From Alphaproteobacteria bacterium (GTDB lineage Bacteria > Pseudomonadota > Alphaproteobacteria > UBA828), in contig CBDCCI010000002.1 in the NCBI GenBank assembly GCA_965214705.1, forward strand, positions 1,472,001-1,536,000: a stretch of 64,000 nt of DNA, written 5' to 3'. Numbering within the stretch: the stretch's first letter is position 1; each line of letters starts with the position of its first letter. The position numbers and the translations under genes are program-made. Under the pieces are notes generated by a model. The model saw only the letters and a list, made by a program, of their open reading frames with translations. It did not search any database and was not told the DNA's origin. Shown here in pieces: positions 53,084 to 61,884 of this stretch.

Positions 53084-55606
53084 CTATTCCACTCGCAGGA
53101 GGGGCGCGGCCTTGCGGCCGAGCGCGCGCCATGTGCTCGCGAATCCGAGAACGAGCGTCATGGTTATACAGGCTGCGGCGGTCACGGCCACATATTCGGG
53201 CAGGAAGCGCCATTGCAGGTCGAGCACCTGGGTCACGAAGGCCCAGGCGGCCAACGTGCCGATGCCGATGGCGAGCCCGGCGATGGCGCAGCCGAGCAGG
53301 ATGTGCTCGGCGAGGAAGGCACGCAGCAGGTCGCCACGCCGGGCGCCCAGCACCTTGAAGACCACGGCGTCGTGGACCCGGCGCTCGTGGCCGGCAGCGG
53401 TCGCGCCCGCCAGCACCAGCAGGCCCGCGGCAACCGTCAGTCCGGCCACCGCCTGAATCGCCGCGCCGACTCGCCCCATGAGTTCGTCCAAGGCCTCGAT
53501 GATCGCGCGTATGGGGATCGCCGTGATGTTGGCGAAGCGCTCCGTTACCGCACGCTCGAGCACGGGTTCCGCCTCCGGTGTCGCGTGCGCGGTGGCAAGC
53601 TGCGTCTGCGGCGCTCCCTCCAGGACTCCGGGCGAGAATATCACGAGGAAGTTGATATCGAAGGCAGTCCAGTCGATCCGGCGCAGACTCGCGACCTCGG
53701 CCGTGAACTCGCGCCCGAGCACGTTGATGGAGAGGGTGTCGCCCAACTCCAGCCCGAAATCGAGCGCCTCCTCTTCGGCGAGCGAGACCAGCGGCGGCCC
53801 GTCGTAGTCGGCGGGCCACCATTCGCCCGCGACGATCTCCGCGTTGGGCGGCGCATCGGCGGCGTAGCTGAGGCCGATATCGCTCTGCACCACCCATTCC
53901 GAGCCCGGCGCGACCTTGGCGTCGCGCACCGGGACGCCGTCGATGCGGACGACTCGGCCGCGCAGCATCGGCACCCGACGGCCATAGTCGACGCCCGCAG
54001 TCTCTTCGATCAGCCGCTCGAACGGCGCGATCTGCTGCTTCTGGATATCGAGGAAGAAGAATGTCGGCCGCTCGTCGTTGCGCTGCTCGCTCAGCATCGC
54101 GCCGAGATTGCCCTCGACCAGCGCAATCGAGACCAGGACCGCGAGTCCGGTGCCCAAGGACATCGCGACGGGGACCGTGGGCGCCCCCGGCCGCGCCAGG
54201 TTGGCGAAGCCCAGCCTCAGCGCAGGGAGCCGCCGCGGGCGTGTGCGTCGCGCCAGGACGACCACCAGGGCCGCCGCCGCCCTGAAGATCGCAAGCGCCA
54301 CCGGCGCGCCCAGGACGAACCCCAGCGCGATGCTCATGCGGGGCGCGGTGCCGACGGCGATGCCGGCAAGCGCCAGCGCGGCCAGAGCCGTGCCCACGAT
54401 CGCCACAAGGGGCGGCCAGCCCGAGGCCGGCGCGGCGGCACCGCGAAAGAGCACACCGGGCCGGGTCCGGGCGGCGCGCCCGAGCGGCCAGAGCGAGAAG
54501 GCGAGCATGGTGAGCGCGCCATAGGCTGCGGCGAGGGCGAGCGGCGCCCCGTGGATCACGCCCGCCAGCGGCACCGGCAGCGTGTCGCCGAACAGGGCGG
54601 AGAGAACGGGCGGTGTCGCAGCGCCGAGGACCAGACCTGCCGCGATGGCCCCGAGCCCGAGAACGCCGAGCTGCAGCAGGAAGGCGCGCTGCACGGTGGC
54701 TTGCGTCGCGCCCACGCACTTGAGCGCCGCGATGGTGTGCAGCTTGCCGTGCAGATGGCTCGAGACGGCGCTGGCGACGCCAATTCCCCCGACCAGCAGG
54801 GCAGCGAGGCCCGCGAGGGTGAGGAACAGCCCGACCCGATCGAGCTGGCGCCGGAGCGACGGGTTGGCGTCGCGGGTATCGCGCAGCCGCCAGACCGCAT
54901 CGGGAAACGCCGTCTCAAGGCCCGCCACCCAGCCCGCGACGGCCGTGCCGTCGGGCACGAGCGCGCGGTAGCGGTGCCGTACAAGGGTGCCCGGCCGCAC
55001 CAGCTGTGTCTCTTGCAGCGACGCATGGTCCATCATCAGGCGGGGGCCGAGCGCGATGCCGCCGGTAAGCCGGTCGGGCTCGCGCAGGAGCACGCCGCGC
55101 ACCGTCAGGAGCGCCGCGCCGATCCGGACCCTGTCGCCAATGCCGATGCCGAGGCGGTCGAGCAATCCCTTGTCGACCGCAGCGCCCCCATCGGACAACG
55201 CGTCCGCGAGCGCCGTACCGTCCTCCAGGCGCGCGCGATCGACCAGCGGATAGGCGCCGTCCACCGCCTTGAGCTCGACCAGCGAGCGGTGCGCGCCGTC
55301 CTCGTCGCGGGCCATGCCGCGCATGGTGACGACATGCGAGAGGGCGGCGGTGTTCGCCTCCAGATAGGCCATCGCCTCCTGGGCGAGCGGTTGCGAGAAT
55401 TGGACCAGCTCGACATCGCCGCCCAGGATCATGCGGGCGTCGCGGGCGAGACCGGCCTTGAGCGCCTCGCCGAGCGAGCCGACGGCGGCGGTAATGCCGA
55501 CGCCCAGGATCAGACAGGCGAGGAAGACGCGAAAGCCGCGCACGCCGCCGCGCAGCTCGCGCCGGGCAATGCGCCAAGAGGCCGGCGCCTGAAAGGGCAG
55601 TACCAT
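53084..55606 (-). CDS. YbbP-like FtsX-family ABC permease
   Basis: RRELRGG, LGGD, ELKAVDGAYPL, FFFLDIQ, duplicated FtsX TM blocks. Confidence 0.9.
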   Translation of the reverse strand: MVLPFQAPASWRIARRELRGGVRGFRVFLACLILGVGITAAVGSLGEALKAGLARDARMILGGDVELVQFSQPLAQEAMAYLEANTAALSHVVTMRGMARDEDGAHRSLVELKAVDGAYPLVDRARLEDGTALADALSDGGAAVDKGLLDRLGIGIGDRVRIGAALLTVRGVLLREPDRLTGGIALGPRLMMDHASLQETQLVRPGTLVRHRYRALVPDGTAVAGWVAGLETAFPDAVWRLRDTRDANPSLRRQLDRVGLFLTLAGLAALLVGGIGVASAVSSHLHGKLHTIAALKCVGATQATVQRAFLLQLGVLGLGAIAAGLVLGAATPPVLSALFGDTLPVPLAGVIHGAPLALAAAYGALTMLAFSLWPLGRAARTRPGVLFRGAAAPASGWPPLVAIVGTALAALALAGIAVGTAPRMSIALGFVLGAPVALAIFRAAAALVVVLARRTRPRRLPALRLGFANLARPGAPTVPVAMSLGTGLAVLVSIALVEGNLGAMLSEQRNDERPTFFFLDIQKQQIAPFERLIEETAGVDYGRRVPMLRGRVVRIDGVPVRDAKVAPGSEWVVQSDIGLSYAADAPPNAEIVAGEWWPADYDGPPLVSLAEEEALDFGLELGDTLSINVLGREFTAEVASLRRIDWTAFDINFLVIFSPGVLEGAPQTQLATAHATPEAEPVLERAVTERFANITAIPIRAIIEALDELMGRVGAAIQAVAGLTVAAGLLVLAGATAAGHERRVHDAVVFKVLGARRGDLLRAFLAEHILLGCAIAGLAIGIGTLAAWAFVTQVLDLQWRFLPEYVAVTAAACITMTLVLGFASTWRALGRKAAPLLRVE

Positions 55607-55612
55607 CGGGCC

Positions 55613-56296
55613 TCAGCCCTCGGCGGGCGCCACGATCCGCCCGTCGGCGATATGCACCATGCGGTCGCAGCGCGCGGCGAGGTCGTGATCGTGGGTAACC
55701 AGGATCAGCGTCGAGCCCCCCACGGCGCGCATGCGGAAGAGCTCCCCCATCACCGCATCCCCGGTCTCGCCGTCGAGGTTGCCGGTGGGCTCGTCGGCGA
55801 GCAGCACGTCGGGCTGGGGCACGAAGGCCCGGGCAAGTGCGACGCGCTGCTGCTCGCCGCCGGAGAGCTGGCTCGGATAGTGCTGCAGGCACTCGCCGAG
55901 GCCGACGCTCTCCAGTGCCTCCCGCGCCGCGCCGAAGGGGTCGCCGTGGCTGCCGAGTTCCAGGGGCAGCGCGACATTCTCCAGTGCCGTCATGGTCGGG
56001 ATCAGGTGGAAGGCCTGAAACACGATGCCGACGGCGCTGCGCCGAAAGGCGGCGAGATCGCTCTCGCCCAGACCGCCGATGTCCGTGCCGCTCACGACGA
56101 CGCGGCCCTGGTCCGCCCGCTCCAGGCCCGCGATGATCGCGAGCAGGGTCGACTTGCCAGCGCCCGACGGCCCTAGCACGGCGATGCTCTCGCTTCGCTC
56201 CGCGGTGAGCGAGACGCCCCGCAGAATGTTGACGGGACCGGCCTTGCTGGTCAGGGTGAGGTGCACGTCATCCAGCACCACCGCCGGATCGCTCAT
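55613..56296 (-). CDS. YbbA-like ABC ATP-binding protein
   Basis: [35 protein letters not shown]; start at ATG 56296. Confidence 0.92.
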   Translation of the reverse strand: MSDPAVVLDDVHLTLTSKAGPVNILRGVSLTAERSESIAVLGPSGAGKSTLLAIIAGLERADQGRVVVSGTDIGGLGESDLAAFRRSAVGIVFQAFHLIPTMTALENVALPLELGSHGDPFGAAREALESVGLGECLQHYPSQLSGGEQQRVALARAFVPQPDVLLADEPTGNLDGETGDAVMGELFRMRAVGGSTLILVTHDHDLAARCDRMVHIADGRIVAPAEG

Positions 56297-56954
56297 GTCA
56301 TCCCGCCGCTCCCCCGGCCGCGTCGTATCGTGGATCGGAGCCGCCTTGTGCGCGTGGCTCCTGCTGCTCGGCCCGGTGCCGGGCGCCGCCGGGGAGCCCC
56401 GAATCGCCGTGCTGGGCGACAGCCTGACCGCCGGCTTCGGCTTGCCGCAAGAGGACGCCTTCCCGGCAGGTCTGGAGGCCGCGCTCAGGGCCCAGGGCCA
56501 CGCCTGGCAGGTGATCGACGCCGGGGTCTCCGGCGATACCAGCGCCGGCGGGCTGGCGCGGCTCGACTGGGTGCTCGCCGACGAGCCGGAGGTCGTGATC
56601 GTCGAGCTCGGCGCCAACGACGGCCTGCGCGGACTGCCGACGGAGCAGATGGAGGCCAATCTCGACGCGATCCTGACTCGAACCCGCAACTCCGGATCGA
56701 CGGTGCTGCTCGCTGGCATGCGTGCGCCGGCCAACTTCGGCCCCGACTATGAAGCCGCGTTCCACGCCGTCTATGAGCGCCTCGCCGCCAGGCATGGGGT
56801 GGCGTTCTATCCGTTCTTCCTCGAGGGGGTGGCCATGGAGCCCGACCTCAACCAGACGGACGGCATTCATCCCAACGCGGCCGGCGTGGCCGAGATCGTG
56901 CGGCGCATCCTGCCCCATGTGGTGGCCGTCATCGCTCGGCACAAGGGCGGCTGA
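56295..56954 (+). CDS. tesA: arylesterase / acyl-CoA thioesterase I (SGNH hydrolase)
   Basis: GDSL, GVSGDT, ELGANDGLRG, DGIHP; divergent from ybbA. Confidence 0.9.
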   Translation: MSSRRSPGRVVSWIGAALCAWLLLLGPVPGAAGEPRIAVLGDSLTAGFGLPQEDAFPAGLEAALRAQGHAWQVIDAGVSGDTSAGGLARLDWVLADEPEVVIVELGANDGLRGLPTEQMEANLDAILTRTRNSGSTVLLAGMRAPANFGPDYEAAFHAVYERLAARHGVAFYPFFLEGVAMEPDLNQTDGIHPNAAGVAEIVRRILPHVVAVIARHKGG

Positions 56955-56975
56955 AGAGCCAGGGGTAGTCGGCCG

Positions 56976-57527
56976 ATGATCCGCCTGTTCGTTGCTCTCG
57001 CGCTGCCGGAGGACGTGCGCCGCCGCATGGAGGGACTGCGCGGTGGACTGCCCGGCGCGCGCTGGCAAAGCGCGGAGCAGATGCACCTGACGCTGCGTTT
57101 CATCGGCGAGGTCGACGGCGGTGCTTTTCGCGAGATCGGGGACGCGCTCGCGGACATCGAAGCGGAGGCCTTCTCGCTGACGTTGGATGGAGTCGGGCAC
57201 TTCCCGCCGCGCGGGCGGGCGCGCATCGTCTGGGCTGGCGTGGTGCCGAACCCGGCGCTCGCGCACCTGCGCGAGCGCACCGAGGCCACCATCACCAGCC
57301 TCGGCTTCGAGCCCGACGGCCGCAACTATGCTCCGCACGTCACCCTCGCGCGCCTCACCTCGCGCGTGCCGGCCCACCGGATGCAAGACTTCGTCTCCTA
57401 CCACGGCATGTTCAACAGCGGGCCGTTCCCGGTGCGCTCGTTCGAGCTTTTCTCGAGCCATTTCGGCGCAGGCGGCGCGCATTACGAGATCGAGGCGAGC
57501 TACCCGCTGGCGGGCGCGGAAACCTAG
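56976..57527 (+). CDS. thpR: RNA 2',3'-cyclic phosphodiesterase (2H family)
   Basis: RLFVAL, HLTLRF and PHVTLAR motifs. Confidence 0.92.
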   Translation: MIRLFVALALPEDVRRRMEGLRGGLPGARWQSAEQMHLTLRFIGEVDGGAFREIGDALADIEAEAFSLTLDGVGHFPPRGRARIVWAGVVPNPALAHLRERTEATITSLGFEPDGRNYAPHVTLARLTSRVPAHRMQDFVSYHGMFNSGPFPVRSFELFSSHFGAGGAHYEIEASYPLAGAET

Positions 57528-57557
57528 TCGTTGGCCGAGGCACCGGCGCGCGCCGCG

Positions 57558-57956
57558 TCATCCGGTTTCCTCGATCCGTTCCATGTCCTCGTCCGAAAGG
57601 CCGAAATGGTGGCCGATTTCGTGGATCAGCACGTGGCGGACCACGTCCTCCAGGCTGTTGCCGGTCTCGACCCAGTAGTCGAGGAGCGGCCGGCGGTAGA
57701 GGAAGATCAGGTCGACATCCTCGCGGATGTCGTGGACCCCGCTCTGGTCGAGGGAGACGCCCTGATAGAGGCCGAGCAGCTCGTAGGGGCTCTCAAGCTC
57801 CATTTCCTCCTGTACCTCGTCGCTGGGAAAGTCCACGACTTGGATCATCACCGGGTCGACCCTCTCGCGCATGAAGGCGGGAATCCGGCGGTATTCCCGA
57901 TCCGCGATCGACTCGATGTCCGCCGCGCTCGGCGCTTGGGTCTTCGCCCCGCTCAT
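57558..57956 (-). CDS. zincin-like metallopeptidase domain protein
   Basis: LLGLYQG, IFLYRRP, HEIGHHFG. Confidence 0.88.
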   Translation of the reverse strand: MSGAKTQAPSAADIESIADREYRRIPAFMRERVDPVMIQVVDFPSDEVQEEMELESPYELLGLYQGVSLDQSGVHDIREDVDLIFLYRRPLLDYWVETGNSLEDVVRHVLIHEIGHHFGLSDEDMERIEETG

Positions 57957-58060
57957 GACGGCAAGCCTAAGAGCAATTTGGTGTAAGCGGAACTAAGGTG
58001 CGTTGCGTCCCCGGCCCGAACGGGTGTGACAAGCCCCGATGCGCTGGCTCACGAATCAGC

Positions 58061-58089
58061 TTGCAGAGCCTATCCTGTGGGCATAGGTT
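58061..58089 (+). promoter_or_regulatory. putative sigma70 promoter
   Basis: TTGCAG, 17-nt spacer, TAGGTT. Confidence 0.5.
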
Positions 58090-58095
58090 TGCTTC

Positions 58096-58186
58096 AACAT
58101 AACCCATCGGACTACCGCCCAGACAGGGAGACACGGAGTCCGATTATCATCACCCCAGGGACGCCTCGCGCGTCCCTGTGTTTTGT
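58096..58186 (+). ncRNA. candidate structured leader/small RNA ending in an intrinsic terminator
   Basis: Hairpin ATCGGACT(58106-13)/AGTCCGAT(58137-44) with inner pairings; hairpin CAGGGACGC/GCGTCCCTG (58156-78) followed by TGTTTTGT. Confidence 0.5.
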
Positions 58187-58196
58187 GGATTCCAAG

Positions 58197-58841
58197 ATGC
58201 CCAATGACGAGCCAGCTCCAGGGCCCCGCCATCGCGTGCGGGTGTTCGTTGACTTCTGGAATTTCACTCTCTCCATGCGGGATGCAGACGAGGCGTTCCG
58301 CACAGACTGGTCTCGGCTTGGACCGATACTTTCTCGCGCCGCGGCGACAGTCGTTGACGCCGCCGCCACAAGTGAATTTCAAGGACTGAATTTCTACGGC
58401 TCCTACGACCCGGTCAGCGAAGCAGACCGGAAACTTCACCGATGGGCGACGAGAGTGGTGGACACATTTCCCGGCGTGCGCGTGTCGATCGTTCCGCGTC
58501 AGAGGAGGCGTTCGCCGCCCGCGTGCCCCACCTGCCATGCGGCAGTGGCCGAGTGTCCTGCTTGCGGTGCCGATATGCGCGGCACCGAGGAGAAGGGCGT
58601 CGATGTCCGCATGGCAACGGACATGATCAGCCTTGCCTGGGTCGACAACTACGATGTCGCAGTTCTGGTCTCATCCGATCGCGACTTCGTGCCGGTAGCC
58701 GAGTTTCTCGAGACCAAGGGCATCAAGGTGATACACGGGGCTTTCCCGCCGAAGGGCGCGCAGTTGACCGCTCGATGCTGGGGAAGCATCGACATAGCCG
58801 GATTGCGGGAAGGGTTTCGCTTCGTCCGGCCTGAGTCCTGA
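58197..58841 (+). CDS. NYN (LabA/DUF88, PIN-like) domain ribonuclease with inserted CxxC..CxxC zinc ribbon
   Basis: VFVDFWNF, EKGVDVRMATDM, VSSDRDF acidic motifs; CPTC..CPAC. Confidence 0.88.
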   Translation: MPNDEPAPGPRHRVRVFVDFWNFTLSMRDADEAFRTDWSRLGPILSRAAATVVDAAATSEFQGLNFYGSYDPVSEADRKLHRWATRVVDTFPGVRVSIVPRQRRRSPPACPTCHAAVAECPACGADMRGTEEKGVDVRMATDMISLAWVDNYDVAVLVSSDRDFVPVAEFLETKGIKVIHGAFPPKGAQLTARCWGSIDIAGLREGFRFVRPES

Positions 58842-59065
58842 GGTGGCGACGCCCATTCGAAATGTCCGGCGGCTCGTTTAAGGTGCATTCGGGTTTTTCC
58901 GAGCAGCCTATCCTCCAATCAATCTGTCCGTTGGGCCGGTGGCGATGTGGGCAAAGCACGGGGTGGTTGCTTAAATCCGCCGTGGTAAAGAGAGTGCATG
59001 GCGCGTCGCCCAAGGGTGGGCGTGTCGTGTCGCGCTGCGTGGAGACCCAGAGGGAGGCCGGGACG

Positions 59066-59896
59066 GTGAGCAACAGAGAGGCGCTGCTGCGCGAACTGCG
59101 CGAGCAGGCGCTCGACATCCGTCGCAATACGTGGCGGGCGTTGCGTGCGGCGGGTTCCGGCCACATGGGGGGCTCGCTCTCCGTGGCCGATCTGCTGGCC
59201 GCACTCTACTTCCACTACCTCGACCTCCGGCCCGACGAGCCCGACTGGCCCGAGCGCGACCGCTTCGTGCTCTCCAAGGGGCACGCCAACACGGCGCTCG
59301 GCGCGGTGCTGGCCCAGGCGGGCTTCGTGGACGACGGCTTCATCGACACCTTCTACGCCTACGAATCGCGATTCGGCATGCACCCGGACATCAAGGTCCC
59401 CGGCATCGAGATGTGTACTGGCGCCCTCGGCCACGGCCTCTCCGTCGGGCTCGGCATGGCGCTCGGGTCCAGGCTGCAGGGCAAGGACTGGCGCACCGTG
59501 GTGATGCTGGGCGACGGCGAGCTGCAGGAAGGCTCGAACTGGGAGGCGGCCATGGCCGCCGCCCACCTGGCGCCGCTCCAGCTCACCGCCATCCTCGACT
59601 ACAACAAGGTGCAGCAGAGCGGCCATGTCGCCGAGATGCTGGGGCTGGAGCCGCTGGCGGACAAGTGGCGCACCTTCGGCTGGACCGTGCGCGAATGCGA
59701 CGGGCACGACATGGGAGAGATCGTCGATGCGCTTGACGCGCTGCCCGCCGCGCCCGACCGGCCCTCGCTGCTCATCGCCCACACGGTGAAGGGCAAGGGC
59801 GCGAGCTTCGCCGAGGACACCTACCTCTGGCACAACAACTTGGTGGGCGACGAGGTCTACGAGAAGGCCATGGCCGAGCTGGGAGAGCCCGCATGA
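59066..59896 (+). CDS. split transketolase, N-terminal (TPP-binding) subunit
   Basis: SGHMGGSLS, RDRFVLSKGH, GALGHGL, GDGE..EG, TVKGKG. Confidence 0.92.
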   Translation: MSNREALLRELREQALDIRRNTWRALRAAGSGHMGGSLSVADLLAALYFHYLDLRPDEPDWPERDRFVLSKGHANTALGAVLAQAGFVDDGFIDTFYAYESRFGMHPDIKVPGIEMCTGALGHGLSVGLGMALGSRLQGKDWRTVVMLGDGELQEGSNWEAAMAAAHLAPLQLTAILDYNKVQQSGHVAEMLGLEPLADKWRTFGWTVRECDGHDMGEIVDALDALPAAPDRPSLLIAHTVKGKGASFAEDTYLWHNNLVGDEVYEKAMAELGEPA

Positions 59897-60873
59897 ATGC
59901 GCCCAAGCAGGGCAACGGGGCGGAGCCCGCCTGGGTCAAGGCGGCGGCCAACCAATCGCGATTGGCCTTCGGGCTTGCCGTGACCGAGCTCGGCCGGCGC
60001 GACGCGCGGGTGGTGGCGGTCGGCGCCGATACCCTCGACCTCATCGGGCTCAGGGGCTTCATCGAGCACGCGCCCGCGCGCGTCATCGACGTCGGCATCG
60101 CCGAGCAGAACGCCATGGGCGTGGCCGCAGGGCTCGCCACCACGGGGCTTCGCCCCTTCGTCTGCGGCTACGCGCCCTTCATCACCGCGCGCTCCATGGA
60201 GCAGATCCGCAACGAGGTCGCCTACGCCGATCAGCGCGTGGTGATCGGTGCGGCGGCGAGCGGGGTCTCGCTTGCGGTCTCCGGCGGCACGCATCATGCG
60301 CTGGAGGACCTCGCGCTGATGCGGAGCCTGCCCAACATGACGGTGCTGGTGCCGGCGGACGCCCACGAGGCGTGGCACGCGACGCTGGCGACCGATGAGA
60401 TCGACGGCCCCGCTTACATCCGCCTCGGCGGGCGCGTGCCGGAGCCCCCGGTGACGCCGGTCGATGCGCCCTTCGGCCTCGGCAAGGCCACGTGTCTCGC
60501 CGAGGGCTCGGACGTTGCCGTGATCGCCTGCGGGGCCCTGGTGGCGCCAGCCGTGGACGCGGCAAAGGAACTCGCCGAGCAGGGTGTCGGCGCGCGCGTC
60601 CTCAACATGTCCACCATCAAGCCGCTCGACGAGGATGCGATTCTCGCCGCTGCCGAGGAGACGCGCGGCATCGTCACCGCCGAGGAGCATCATCTGACCG
60701 GCGGGCTCGGCGGCGCGGTGGCGGAGCTGCTGGCGGTCAAGCGGCCCACGCCCATGCGCCTGGTCGGCATGCCCGACGAGTTCGCGGTCGTCGGCCCGAC
60801 CGATCGCATCCGCGCGCGCTACGGCATGAGCGCCCGGCACATCGTGGACGCCTGCCTCGATCTGTTGAGCTAG
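59893..60873 (+). CDS. split transketolase, C-terminal subunit
   Basis: GIAEQN, GGTHHALED, YIRLG, EEH..GGLG. Confidence 0.92.
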   Translation: MNAPKQGNGAEPAWVKAAANQSRLAFGLAVTELGRRDARVVAVGADTLDLIGLRGFIEHAPARVIDVGIAEQNAMGVAAGLATTGLRPFVCGYAPFITARSMEQIRNEVAYADQRVVIGAAASGVSLAVSGGTHHALEDLALMRSLPNMTVLVPADAHEAWHATLATDEIDGPAYIRLGGRVPEPPVTPVDAPFGLGKATCLAEGSDVAVIACGALVAPAVDAAKELAEQGVGARVLNMSTIKPLDEDAILAAAEETRGIVTAEEHHLTGGLGGAVAELLAVKRPTPMRLVGMPDEFAVVGPTDRIRARYGMSARHIVDACLDLLS

Positions 60874-60917
60874 TGACCCGTTCCGGAAGTTTTCTATCCG
60901 TTTGCGCCGACCCCAAC

Positions 60918-61010
60918 TCGTCATGGCCGGGCTTGTCCCGGCCATCCATGGGTTCTTCGTGCAGCAGGGGCAGAGAACGTGGATGCCCGGATCAAGTCCG
61001 GGCATGACGA
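60918..61010. repeat. alphaproteobacterial REP-like palindromic element
   Basis: TCGTCATGGCCGGGCTTGTCCCGGCCATCCA...TGGATGCCCGGATCAAGTCCGGGCATGACGA: two arm hairpins nested in a terminal IR. Confidence 0.8.
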
Positions 61011-61188
61011 TGAATTGGAAAACCGCGGTTGGAGAGATCGCTCACAGGCCAGACTGCGTGAGAATAGTATTTAGAAACAATATACTAGGGGTGTTTCTCT
61101 AAGCGAATTATGAGAGTTCAGCATCGGCGCTAGGGTCGAAGAGCGATGCGAAAGTTCGCATCTGTTTGCGTCATCAGGGAGATGGAAA

Positions 61189-61884
61189 ATGAAGCGAATT
61201 GCAGTTCTCGGTTTCACGCTGCTGATGGCCGGTTGCGGTGGCGGCGGTGGTGGTGGCGATATGGGGATGGTGGCCACGGACCCGGTTGAGCCCGCCGATG
61301 AATTCACGCTGAGCACCACGGGCGAATTTCGAGCTGTCCCGATCGATGGCACCGGAGATGCCTTCACGGCGGATTTCTACAAATGGGGGGTATGGGGAGG
61401 AGTCCTCAGAGATGACTATGTCACGTGTCAGGCCATCGGTTGTCCGCCCGCGGGCGACACGATCTTTTGGGCGCACCTGACCAGCGAGACCGATGGGACT
61501 GTCACTGCGACGGTGGACGGCACGCGGTCGGGAACCTCGCCGGTGAGCGGGGGTGCCGTGTGGAGCGGCGATGTCCACGCCTATGAGACGGAAGACGTTA
61601 TGACCTCCGGGGGAACGTCCGTCACGACTTACGCGCCGGTGGAAGGTGACGCCCGGCTGGAGGTCGATTTCACGGCCGTTACCGTCGATGTCGCTTTCAC
61701 GAACTTGGACAACAGCCAGGCAGACATGTCCTGGGACGGGCTCGCCGTGGACAACGGCGCGTTCGGCAGTGGAGCCGCGGGCATAGAGGGCTCGTTCTAT
61801 GGCGCGGACCACGAAGGCGCCGCCGGCACCTTCGCCCGCGACCGCCTTACGGGCGTGTTCGGCGCCCTCCGTTCTCTTGAGTAA
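61189..61884 (+). CDS. surface lipoprotein with TbpB-like C-terminal beta-barrel
   Basis: Lipobox MAGC plus poly-Gly; IEGSFYGADHEGAAGTF..LTGVFGA. Confidence 0.75.
   Translation: MKRIAVLGFTLLMAGCGGGGGGGDMGMVATDPVEPADEFTLSTTGEFRAVPIDGTGDAFTADFYKWGVWGGVLRDDYVTCQAIGCPPAGDTIFWAHLTSETDGTVTATVDGTRSGTSPVSGGAVWSGDVHAYETEDVMTSGGTSVTTYAPVEGDARLEVDFTAVTVDVAFTNLDNSQADMSWDGLAVDNGAFGSGAAGIEGSFYGADHEGAAGTFARDRLTGVFGALRSLE

Noticed and set aside
52142-56176. 1344-aa plus-strand ORF
   Set aside because: Antisense to the ABC permease operon; Arg/Ala/Gly-rich with no domain signature.
57975-58005. dif-like (XerCD) site upstream of NYN
   Set aside because: Resemblance to either half-site is too weak.
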